64,000 bases of DNA from the NCBI GenBank assembly GCA_004431415.1, contig QPMI01000437.1, positions 346,245 to 410,244 of the forward strand. Reading direction: 5' to 3'. The notes below the pieces were generated by a model. The model saw only the letters and a list, made by a program, of their open reading frames with translations. It had not been told where the DNA came from and ran no database searches. Of the stretch, positions 9,549 through 20,604 are shown in pieces. The translations under genes and the position numbers were made by a program. Each line of letters opens with the position of its first letter. Position 1 is the stretch's first letter. This stretch comes from Cyanophora paradoxa CCMP329. Lineage: Eukaryota; Plantae; Glaucophyta.

Positions 9549-10916
9549 TCAAAGATTTATACGTCTTAAACCATCGCGATCCAAAATTATGAACGAATGC
9601 ATGAGAGCGCGAACATTAACATCGATTACCTTATCTGAAGGCATGTAGAGGGTGAGGAATGAAGAGGAGGAATTTGTTAAATCAACATAACCAGACTGGG
9701 CAATATTTCGAATCGCCTTTTCTCCATCAAGGCAGAAAGGCAATCCTGAAAGGACATAGCGATCAGCAACCTTATCCATGTTAGAGCATTTGAAGGCATC
9801 AGCAATTAGCTCAGCACCTTTGAGTAGGGAAATTGGCTCAGTGGCAAAAAGTCGCTGTCCATTTATTTCAGTTGTGAATGTTATCTCTTTGGAGTTGGCA
9901 TAGGTCTTAAGAACACTGTGGGAGCCTGTGGATTTATCAACAGTTGCATTATCACGAACTGAAACAAGCAGAGCATAAACCAGTCCAGAGATTTGAGAGA
10001 GGTTAATTCGATTGGGTTGGGCATTGCCCTTGGCAGGGAAAGCACTAGCATCAACAAACCCAATGTCTAGAGCAGGAATAGCCATGCCAGTAGTCTTTAC
10101 TTTTTCAATAACAGTAGCGAAAAGCTCATCAGAAACATTAATAGCATGCATGTAAAGGCGAGGAGAGGTAATTGTAATACCAGGGGTTGTTGCACCAAGA
10201 CTGAAAGTGGTGATGTTTTGACCAACATGGGCAAGGGTTCCATCTGTGAAGTTTCCAAGACCATCATCGGCAGTTGCATCAACTGTTCCAACAGCAGTTG
10301 TGAGTTCACGACCACCATAGGAAGTTTCAACATAACCCTTCTCAGCATCCTTAAACCAAACAGTAACAACCATTTCACCAGATAAAGCACCAAGGGGAAG
10401 GTAGTGATTTAGCCAAGGCACAGGAATTTCAACGAAAAATGAGCCACCAAGGCGGTTGGTTCCATGAGCAGGAATGCCATGAACCATGCCCATTGATCGC
10501 TTCTTTTTAGCTAGTTGATCCTCCGAATAATAGACCAGGGGGAAATGAGCAAGGAAATCAGATGGAATATGGTAGGTGTAAGATCCATAGGTAATTTCAA
10601 GTCGCTGAACTAAAGCACCAACTGGGCGAGTGTATCCATTGCGAACTAGGTCAGTATCACCAGCAAAAGTGATGGCTGGAAGGTCGAAAGCAAGTTCGAG
10701 TTTTCCACAGAAATTGTAGCGAGGTAGCTTGAAGGAAATGCGATTTCCAACATTATTCTCAAAAGTATTGCTGGGATTCACAACAACTAGAACTGGCTTA
10801 GACTTGGATTCGAGACCAAGCATAAGGGAGTTATCCAGGAAAAAGGCTTTCGCCTCCTCTGGGGTTGTTAGGGCTTCTTTCAGCGAAAGTCTTTGAAGAG
10901 TGGAAGTGATATCCAT
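9549..10916 (-). CDS. Major capsid protein (double jelly-roll, PLV/NCLDV-like); probable start MDITSTLQ
   Basis: About 455 aa, beta-rich: RISFKLPR, ALVQRLEITYG, FFVEIPVPWL..YLPLGAL..EMVVTVWF, TEINGQRLF. Lies between ATPase and penton-like genes; homologue at 39718-41105. Confidence 0.85.
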   Translation of the reverse strand: MDITSTLQRLSLKEALTTPEEAKAFFLDNSLMLGLESKSKPVLVVVNPSNTFENNVGNRISFKLPRYNFCGKLELAFDLPAITFAGDTDLVRNGYTRPVGALVQRLEITYGSYTYHIPSDFLAHFPLVYYSEDQLAKKKRSMGMVHGIPAHGTNRLGGSFFVEIPVPWLNHYLPLGALSGEMVVTVWFKDAEKGYVETSYGGRELTTAVGTVDATADDGLGNFTDGTLAHVGQNITTFSLGATTPGITITSPRLYMHAINVSDELFATVIEKVKTTGMAIPALDIGFVDASAFPAKGNAQPNRINLSQISGLVYALLVSVRDNATVDKSTGSHSVLKTYANSKEITFTTEINGQRLFATEPISLLKGAELIADAFKCSNMDKVADRYVLSGLPFCLDGEKAIRNIAQSGYVDLTNSSSSFLTLYMPSDKVIDVNVRALMHSFIILDRDGLRRINL

Positions 10917-10969
10917 TATATTCTCTTTTATTATACTGCAACATAAAAAATCTACCAATGATCCTTAAT

Positions 10970-11980
10970 TTATGCGAAGCTTGTAATAACTGGATAGGAA
11001 GGGTGAAGCTGCGACATTCTCATCTTAAAGTATTCATAAACTGGGTCTCCTGCTGGCTCATCACCATAGCGAATTTCAAAGGTCAGATGAACAGGTTGAC
11101 CCTCAAAATCAATTGGTTCATTTACAGCATTAACAATATCAACCGAGAAAGTGGATAATCCAACCTTTTTGTTATAGTATTTATAAAGTGGATGAGCTTC
11201 TGTTGAATTGTAAACAACATGCTCACCATAGTCTTTATCAGGGACCACTATTTTGTGAAAGTAACCAGTCAGAAGACCATCCCCACATTGCACCAGATCA
11301 CCCAGCTCCTTTACTCTCACAAACAAAACACTGTCCCTGGTCTTCTCAGGCTCAAAAGAAGATATAATGCCATTCACGCGACCACCAGTAAAGATTCCAT
11401 CAGTGAGAGCATCATAGACCTGTGATTGGATTGGGGAGTTACCATATCTTCCAGGATCAAGACCCAGCAGTCTAGCTGAACTCAACAGCTTTTGGATTGT
11501 TTGTTGGCTTGGGTTCACAGCTACTGAGAAAGCCAAGTAAAATGGTACTGCTGAGTGGAATATAATTCGTTTCAGTGATTCATCCCATTTGCAGCGAATG
11601 GATGGTTGGGGATTTCTGCCTTCGAATTTAGAGTTAATTACATTCACAAGTTGCTGGTGGCTTTGGATGGGGGTGTTTCGACTTATAATGAATTGTTTCC
11701 ATTGTTCATAGTCAGCAGCTGGGCGAACTGTTGGAATTCCTGAGCTTCCAGCTCCAGGAGTTTGTTCAGAATAATAAATGCTAAATGCATTGTCAACTGT
11801 CACATCTCCAACTTTGGTTTCACCACTCACCATAGGGATGCTGTTATAAAATTCGGCTGAGACCAGTCTCACAGCCCTCACATTCTCATAACTACTGGGG
11901 AGTCTAGCCACAAAGCTTGATGTGGGACCATCACCAGAGATTGTATTAAATGAGCTAACCTCGATGTAATCCACAGGCAT
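10970..11980 (-). CDS. Minor capsid (penton-like) protein 1
   Basis: SSFVARLPSSYENVRAVRLVSAEFYNS N-terminus and IDFEGQPVHLTFEI C-terminus typical of single-jelly-roll pentons; homologue at 41157-42113. Confidence 0.7.
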   Translation of the reverse strand: MPVDYIEVSSFNTISGDGPTSSFVARLPSSYENVRAVRLVSAEFYNSIPMVSGETKVGDVTVDNAFSIYYSEQTPGAGSSGIPTVRPAADYEQWKQFIISRNTPIQSHQQLVNVINSKFEGRNPQPSIRCKWDESLKRIIFHSAVPFYLAFSVAVNPSQQTIQKLLSSARLLGLDPGRYGNSPIQSQVYDALTDGIFTGGRVNGIISSFEPEKTRDSVLFVRVKELGDLVQCGDGLLTGYFHKIVVPDKDYGEHVVYNSTEAHPLYKYYNKKVGLSTFSVDIVNAVNEPIDFEGQPVHLTFEIRYGDEPAGDPVYEYFKMRMSQLHPSYPVITSFA

Positions 11981-12009
11981 TCTTCTTTTATCTATATTTA
12001 TATATTAAA

Positions 12010-12942
12010 ATGAACCGGCTCGTTAATATTGATAGCAGGGATAGAAGCCAAGGACAAAATGAAAACTCTTACAGGGTCACCCTCACAACTCCAGTAGAGA
12101 GACCAAGGGAATGTAGGGTTCTCTATGCAGAGATTCCAAACAGTATCTATAACAGTGTGGGAACTGATCATCTAACAGTTCAGTTTAATTACCAAGATGG
12201 TTCATATAACCAAGTGATCACACAACAAGTGTATCCCCTTCCCAGTGGCTACATCAATCAGGGTCATTTTGGGGTCACACACCCTTATAATTATGGGCTG
12301 AACTATTCAAGCTTCCAAACTATTGCAGGCAAAACAGTAGCTTTTGAGTTCAAGATATTCTACAACCCAACAACCTATAAAGTGGAGTTTTACAGTAACC
12401 ATGAGTTTCGTTTTATTGCAAGCAACCAGAGAATAGGAAAGCTTTTGGGTGTAAGTTCTACTGAATACACCACTGGGTATTATAGCACTCCTCCTGTTGG
12501 TGGATCTCCCTATCGACCTGAGAACCTTTTAAAGTATGATGGCAAACCTATTACACCTGATCACCCAGCATGGGGAATCACCTTCTCAGGACCCAGACTC
12601 TCCTCTAAGCCCTTGCAATATTATTTTGACAGCAGGAAGATGTCTGATATGAATGCTGAGCAGTATCTGTACATGCATATTAAAGAGCTGTCCCCCTTTG
12701 CCAGCAGACACAATATAATTCCAAAATCGCAACCACAAAATCAGGGAGCTATCCTTAGATTGCAATTGAGTAAGGATATAGGGGGCTATGTTTACCATAG
12801 TGGTGAGCATGCAGAATTTATTCAAATCAATGACAGAAACCTGGTGATAAGGGAACTCACAGTTGAATTTAAAGATTACTTTGGTGAACTGATTGATATG
12901 AATGGAATCGATAATTCTTTTCAGTTGGAGTTTATCGAATAA
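12010..12942 (+). CDS. Minor capsid (penton-like) protein 2
   Basis: VNIDSRDR..YRVTL..YAEIPNSIY and LTVEFKDYFGELIDMNGIDNSFQLEF; homologue at 42141-43095. Confidence 0.72.
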   Translation: MNRLVNIDSRDRSQGQNENSYRVTLTTPVERPRECRVLYAEIPNSIYNSVGTDHLTVQFNYQDGSYNQVITQQVYPLPSGYINQGHFGVTHPYNYGLNYSSFQTIAGKTVAFEFKIFYNPTTYKVEFYSNHEFRFIASNQRIGKLLGVSSTEYTTGYYSTPPVGGSPYRPENLLKYDGKPITPDHPAWGITFSGPRLSSKPLQYYFDSRKMSDMNAEQYLYMHIKELSPFASRHNIIPKSQPQNQGAILRLQLSKDIGGYVYHSGEHAEFIQINDRNLVIRELTVEFKDYFGELIDMNGIDNSFQLEFIE

Positions 12943-14487
12943 AGGCACCTGTAAAGTCAACTCTCATTGTGGGAGCATTCACATACACAAGGGGATAAAT
13001 GCGAATATATCTTATTCTCAGAGAATAACCTATGTAAAAAGCATCCTTGATGCTGAGAGGGAACCCACTCAATAGAGCCACATCACCAGAGTTGTGAGCA
13101 TTGTTAATGTTCTCACAGACATATATTTTGTTTTGCCCATCTGATCGAATAAAAGACCAGTTGATCCCATCAGTGGATGTTGCCACATTGAAAGTCTTAA
13201 TAAAAGCATTGGTGTCCCCTGATCCATAGGCAATCACAGAGGAGAGTTCAAAAGTATATGGAAAAGCAACTTGAAGGTATTCAGTGGGGGTTTCCCATAT
13301 CTGCTCAGGAGCATAGGCTCCAGCTTCCCAGCCAAATGCTGAAGGTCTAGCCATGAAAGGCTCTTTACCAGTCACAGAGGATGAGGCAGTGAAGGCATCA
13401 TCTGCAAGCTGATACCAATTAGCATCTAAAGGAGGTGACTCTGTGAGAGTGGATGAGATGTAAGCCTTTGTAGGGTTCTTTAGTTCATAGTTTGCTACTA
13501 GTAGGCTGCAAAGCTTATTAATCATATCATTGTTTGCTGCAATGTATGTTTCAGTGAATGCTAGCATATCTGGGATTTTAGAAGTGTCATCCAGAGAGCT
13601 TACTATATGATTTGGAAGAGGGACTGATAGCCTATAGTATCTCCCATAATCCTGATCATAGTTGTATGGTAACAACTCCTCCATCTTATCAAGGGCAGAA
13701 AGCTCACTTGCAGCCATGAGCATGTTAATCAATGGGCTTCCATCTGTTGAGGCAATCCATGAGAGAATTCCCCAGCTGTTTACAGTCTCATAAGCATAAC
13801 CCACATAATCAGACTCTAAATGTGGGTCCACCTCTCCACAAGAGATACTTATTACTATAATGTCATCATCATCACTGTAAATCTTCTTTGCATGGCTGTA
13901 ACCACACACACTGGGATTATTGTTTCCCGAAATGGCACCATCAATGAGACAGACATATACCCCCCGATTGAAATCAACAATGCTTACAGGAGAGAAATAT
14001 GTAGGAGCAGCAGAGGTAGCCCTAGCAGCAATCTTACAAGGCAGAAAGTTGTAATTGTTATCATTTGTGATAAATATTGGTTTCATATTCTGAGTATCAA
14101 AGGATGTGATCACAATGTCCTTTAGGGAATCCTGTATTAGTGATTCCCCAGTAACTGAATTGATTGCAGTCTCCAAGGGTCCCACATCATACTTTGTATT
14201 AAATAGGGCATTTTCGATTATATTTCGAGGATTTGCGAAAATCAAGGGCAGTTGGGCTAGGTAAATGTTGTGTAAATCGTTTGCTGTGAGTTTAGGTTCA
14301 CCTGGTTTATCAGGATGCCTTATATTCAAACCTATTGCAATGATCCCACCAGTGGAAGTTCCACTCACAAGATCCACAAGATCGATTATTCTCCTGCCAG
14401 TTCGATTTTCGATTTCTTTTAGCAGCCTGGTTATGATAATGCCCCTTGCACCCCGCCAGAAAGACTTAAAACGACCTTGAGAGGCAT
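12932..14487 (-). CDS. Patatin-like phospholipase fused to F5/8-type C (discoidin) domain; one frameshift in a G run near 14452
   Basis: VVLSLSGG(G)ARG, GTSTG nucleophile elbow, ATSAAPTYF, LIDGAI. C-terminus: FTASS..P.MAR, EYLQVAF, STDGINW, IRYIRIYP..MRVDF. Confidence 0.9.
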
Positions 14488-14530
14488 CTTTTACTTATCA
14501 GGAATTTTATAAATCCATATAGTAAAAGCC

Positions 14531-17500
14531 ATGAGCTTCAATTACCCACCAAATCTAGAAACCATTCAAGATGATAATGCAAGCAGCACCAAGCATGTGA
14601 ACTTTGATAATATTAAAGTAAAGGGTTCAGTTTCAATTGACCACAGCTCTGATAATTCATCAAAGACTCAATCAAGGGAGCATGCTTTATCTGTGAATCA
14701 AACCGATCCAGATAAAGAGGAGGTCAGTGTTGCTTTTAGTTTGGGTAATGTGAAAGCAAACCAAGTGGCAGAGATCAAAGCAACAAGAAGGAGACCTAGG
14801 AAACTAAAAACCAGTGGCACCCATCCAGATATACCTTCCAGGTTCGATAGTGGTCGATTGATTTTCAATGTTCAAGATGAGCAGGGCAAACAGAACACAG
14901 CTTTGCGAATTTACAATGAGGGCAGCACTGCAAAAGCTGAGGTCCCCAAGTATTGCAAGTGGGTCCCATTGCCAACACAAATCAGGTCTCCTACACAAAT
15001 GATGTATACCCCAAGGATATTACATATGACTTTGCGAGGAATGAGCCTTTTGGGTTTTTTACTCCAAAAGATGTCCATCAAAAAAAGCCATCAATTACAA
15101 TCAACAGTAGCCCCAGTCAACCAGTAGCAATCCATTTACACCCTGATTTAGTCGAAATGGATAGGCACCTTTTGCCTTTGTATAGCAATGTGAAAGACCT
15201 TGGAATTCGAACCAGGCAATGGCGAAATATCCATGGCAGCAATGTGTATGCAAATGGAGAGAAGCTTGTAAGTGAGAAAACTCTAAGGGAAATCATTGAG
15301 CATTATGGTCCCAATGGACCTACTGTCCCATTCCCTATTCCATTTCCCAATGGACCACCCGATTTAACACCAAAGAAGCAACCTGGAAGAGAATACACAG
15401 CAACTGAAGATGTAGCCTTTGGGCAGCATATTGTAAGTTGGGAGCAAGTTCGCAATAAACCTATAATTGAACCAAGAAAGCAAATAGATGAGCAGTATTT
15501 ACCTCCTGAAATCGATATATTAGAGCTTGAAGAATATCAATTCGTTCCAGATGAGGAAGAGTATTTACCAGATGGTTTTGACCCACAAGAGTATGAGTAT
15601 GATCAATTTGACCCCAATGAGGAGGAGATACTACCAGATGGCTTAGATCCACAAGAGTTTGAGTATGAGCAGAACTATGAACCTGATGAGGAGTATTTGC
15701 CAGATGGGCATGATCCACCAGCTGTTGATTATGAGCAACCTTATGAACCCCATGAGGAATTACTACCAGATGGATTTCGACCTGAGATCTGGGAGTTCTT
15801 TCCTGATTATGAACAAATTAATAATAAACCTGCAAAGTATCCCCCAGAGGATCACAATCATGATTGGGATGAGATCTTAGGCAAACCTCAAAAGTATCCA
15901 CCAGAGGATCACAGGCATGATTGGGGTGATATTGATGGAATACCAGAAGAATTTCCACCAAGCAAACATGAACATATTTGGGATGAGATTAATGACCAAC
16001 CAGAGTTTGCAAAAGTGGAGCCTTTGGCAACCCTAGGGGTTTCTCTTTACCAGACTTGCAATGTCCCTGAAAGGATCTTTTTGAATGAACACTATGTACA
16101 TGTGAATGGGACACTTGCGAATTCAGGTATGAGAGGACCACTTCATATTAGGACATTACCAGGCTCTTTTGAAACCCCACCAGAACCAGGAGCAACCATA
16201 CCAAATATCTTTGTGTCAAGCTACATGGAGGTTGACATACCCACAGATACTTTTAGAGTTCCAACAGACCCAGCAACCTACCAAAATTACAATGCAGCTA
16301 TACAGGTTCATGTTGCAGATGTGAGCAGTCTGGATGGATCAAGACCAATGATAGTTTTCAGTCGAGATAAATACTCCTACATTCCCATAGTGGGAACTGC
16401 AAATGATAATTATGGAAGGGCAGAACTTGCATGGATAAAAACGAATTATGGTGGGGTTCTGGAATCCAATCAGAGGATGGCTGCAAAAAACATACACAAC
16501 GAGAATATATCAAGAGTGGTCACAGAGGATTACCTTACTGCTGTAATACTTGTAAATTTCGTAACTCTTGCTATGCTTGGAGATTATGTAACAAAACCTG
16601 AACTTGCAGATGAATTATCAAAATATCTTCCGCTTGTTGGTGGGACAATCACAGGAAATCTAAGAGTCAATAGTAATATTTACAGCAGCAATATTGAGAC
16701 CAGCAATCTTAAAGTAATTGAAACTCTCACAATTGGTCCAAGTAATTTGCACACACTGAATCAGATTATCAGGGAATATTATCCCATCACATCATCTTAT
16801 GATCCCGCCTTAAATATTTCAAATTGCATTTTTGCATGGAAAGCCTCAGGAACAGATGGACAATCAGCCACAGGAACAACCGTTTATAGTCGAATATCAT
16901 CAATCATACCATCTCTTCCTGTCGTTGGAAATCCCTATTACTCCACCGGGATAAACAACCAAATGAGTTTGACAATTGGAGCAGATGCCGGTTTTGCTTT
17001 GTATTCGTATGTATCAAGAACTATTGATTACTCAAATGGATTAACCTTTTTCTTTGTGGGAAGATATGGAAGAGCTACAAGTGGGAATGATGTCCATTTT
17101 AGATGTGACAAAACAACAACTCCAAATAGACGTATTTCCTATGGAGCAAATACTTGGGCATCACTTGGTATCAGTTCATTTATAATCAATGCCGTAGGTC
17201 AAACAAAACCTTCGTTCAATGTTTCAACATTTGCAAATCAATGGTATTATTCCGACCAAACAATAACATCAGACAGCTACACAGTAGGATTTAATGGAAT
17301 TGATATAGGAACGATCACAGGAACAAATTATTTACCTGATTCGGTAGTTAATTTATTTGGAATAGGTTACCTCAATGGTGGTAGCATTTGTGAAATCATT
17401 GTTTTCAACAGAGCATTAACGGCAGAAGAAAAACAGAACGTCAGGTATTACATCCAGCAAATGTATGGTTTCCCTATAACTCAACCTCTTTCAACATCTA

Positions 17501-20256
17501 TTGCGTTAAAGATCACATCACCTGAAACAATAATAGATAATCTCACTGTTATTAGTAAAGCAAACCTTCCAAACTATCCTACAAATGATGTGGTTCAAAA
17601 TTGGATACGAAACCATACACACACCAAAGGTCAAATAACAGATTTCGCACACAAGCATTTATGGGAGGATATCACGAATCCACCATTAACCTTTCCGCCT
17701 GATATTCACACTCATGATTATACCCAGATTACCAACTGCAATCACAGACACCCATGGAGCGAAATTGATCAACAACCAGTATTTGCACAATTGAATGCAA
17801 TCGGAAATATTTTTAATGGAGTTACACTTTACCAATCCAGTAATACAGCTGAAAGGTTATATTTGAATGATCATTATGTCAGCCTCAATGGGACTTTTAC
17901 AGGTCAAACAGGCACCCCCATGGTGGGAACTCTTGCAGTAAGATTACCCAGGGATCCTATTGTAAATGGAGCCTATGATGGAGATTTTAATGTTAGTGTG
18001 ACTGATACTTTCCCCAGTATCTATGTAACGAATTATCACCCAGGAGAAACAGGACAAGAAGAGAATTTTTCAGCAGCAATTCAAGTAAATGTAACAGATC
18101 AAAGCGCATATGATGGAGCAAGACCTAAAATAGTTTTCACAAGGGAGAAAGTTGTAAACTACCTTCCTGTTGCGGGACAACCCACAGATGATCACGGAAA
18201 ATGTGAGATGGCGTGGATAAAAACGTTATCAGGTGGCGCCTTAGAAGTCAATCAGAGAATGGCGGCGAAAAACTTACACAATACCACCCTTTCCGGTGTT
18301 GTTACAGATGATTATTTAGAAAACAAAGATTATGTTACAAATACAGAATTACAATTAGCTGTTACAGATTTTGTTACAGATACCGATTTAACGGCGGCAC
18401 TTGCTAATTATCTACCTCTAACAGGTGGAACTGTAACAGGTACTGTGAATGCTACCACTTTACAAATTGGCGGAACCACAATACCAAAAGGTTACGATTT
18501 CGACCAATTAGATGTGGTCTCATCAGATAGAAGCCCGAATAATTGGACTGTTACAGGATGGATACCAAGAACCGGACAAACAGGATGTTATACAACACCA
18601 GCAAATGATGAAGATTGCAGCGGTTGTTGGATGAGGTGGGTTGTTCCGACAGGTATGAAATCGTTTTATATTCAGCACATGCCTTGGGGTAATTGTAGAT
18701 ATTTCGATATCTACGGGCAAACTGTTAATGGATATCAACATTTCTTAAAGCGTGTAAATGCTTATCAAGTAATTCAGGAAGTTAATCAAGGTGGAACACA
18801 CAATTGTATTTTGTTTGTCTCTATTAATTGCGAATTCTACAAATATATTTATGTTCAAGGTCGAAAAGGTCGCATTCATCTTACGGGGGTTTTCGGTTGG
18901 AGTAGACAAAGAGCAATGGATAATGAGGTTGGTATGATCTCTTGGGATAATATTTTTAGTAAACCATCATTTTATTCAGCCGCAGACCTTCCACAAACAG
19001 CGACATGGCCAACAAATACATGGTTAAAATCAACCGACACTGTTCCGCGAATTTGGTTTGGAAATGGTGATTGCACATATATTCGAGGTTATGGAAATAG
19101 TGGTGGTGTTTCAATTGAATTCAGAGACTCAGCAGATGGAGCAATATTAAAGTCTTATAACAATGGTAACTTTTGGGTGAAAAACACTATTACAGCGACC
19201 ACTATTAATGCTACAACAGATCTTCAAATAAATGGTAATGCTGTTCCAAAGTTTCACACAGCAGATAAAACAAAAGGAGGTATTGAATTTAATAGATGTT
19301 CTTATGGCGATTGGACATGGGCGTGGAGTTCAGCATGGGATCCACATTATAATTATGGTTCATATGTTCATAATAATCAAACGGATGATCAAACTTCTAC
19401 CGCTTGGATTGACTTCGATATTCCAGAAGGATATCACACAGGAACAGCGTTTTTAACTTATCTACCTTGGACTAACTCACGAATTTTTGAAATTTGGGGA
19501 CTGAATCGACAAGGGAATGAAGTTTTTATTACATCAGTGAATAGTTATCAACCATACGCCACATCGCCTGATGGTAACCACAGTGGTGTAAATAATGTTC
19601 CGATACATCTTGGTAATCGATTTCTCACAATTCGAATTAGACCAAAGATTGGAAGAGTTCACATTATGGGTATAAGTTACATGAAAATATGGGTAGGAAA
19701 TAGTTATGGTGGTCACACCGGCTATATTCATTGGAATAATGTTTATAGTAAACCAAATATCTTAACAGGAACTGTGGGGACTTGGTTTAATTCCAGTGAT
19801 GGATATAATCGAATTCATTTCGGTAACAATGATTCTACATATTTGAAAGGAAGAGGAACTTATCCAATAAGATTTCGAAATGAATTAGATTCTAATATTT
19901 GTTGGATCGATCATGACGGGCGGATGTGGATAAACAATTATTTAACACAAGGAAGTGACAGAAGATACAAAACCGATATTAAAAAGATAACCGGCGCTCT
20001 TTCAGCAATTGAAAAATTGGAAGGAGTGAGTTTTAAACGAATTGGGAGTGAAAAAGACGGAACAAAATTAGGTTTAATTGCGCAAGATGTAGAAAAGGTA
20101 ATACCAGAAATTGTAAGTGTCACAAAAGAAGATGGTTACCTTTCTCTCGAATACACGGGTTTAATTCCAGTTCTCATTGAAGCTGTGAAGGAGTTGTCCC
20201 AAAAATGCAAAGATCTACAGGATCAAATAGACCAAATTAAAAATGTCAAAGTATAA
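14531..20256 (+). CDS. Large fibre/spike protein with C-terminal peptidase S74 (intramolecular chaperone) domain; frameshift near 14950
   Basis: ORFs 14531-15127 and 14953-20256 jointly align to 44989-48195. Acidic LPDG repeats, PPEDHxHDW repeats, duplicated ERxxLNxHYV...YLPLxGGT domain, LamG-like EIIVFNRALT. Ends SDRRYKTDI..GLIAQDVEKVIPEIV..LIEAVKEL. Confidence 0.88.
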
Positions 20257-20259
20257 TAA

Positions 20260-20565
20260 ATGGCGACCTATCCTCTTGGTGGAACCACCTATTCTACTGA
20301 GCCTGTTGCGCTTTCTTTTGATACAATCACCCTTGTAAACGCATTACAAACAGTTGAAAAAACGATTCAGCAAACTAACAAGCTCTCACCAGTTGTCAAT
20401 GAGTATAAAAACCTCTTGGTTAATGTCCTTGCTCAAGCTGCATATGGTGACCCTGTTGCTAAATACACTGAGTGTGATAACAACATTAAAGCAATGACAT
20501 CCAACCTGCAAGTTCTTTCAACTGTTTACCAATCCCTTGGATCGAATTTAATCACTTTGGCTTGA
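20260..20565 (+). CDS. Hypothetical protein (101 aa) directly after fibre
   Basis: ATG 3 nt after fibre stop; no counterpart in element 2. Confidence 0.6.
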   Translation: MATYPLGGTTYSTEPVALSFDTITLVNALQTVEKTIQQTNKLSPVVNEYKNLLVNVLAQAAYGDPVAKYTECDNNIKAMTSNLQVLSTVYQSLGSNLITLA

Positions 20566-20604
20566 TTGCAGTTTATTTTTCTTTCCTTCTTAGTAAAAGA
20601 AGCA

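Noticed and set aside
14953-20256. Diversity-generating retroelement acting on the fibre
   Set aside because: No reverse transcriptase and no template/variable repeat pair differing at adenines; internal repeats are diverged protein-level duplications.
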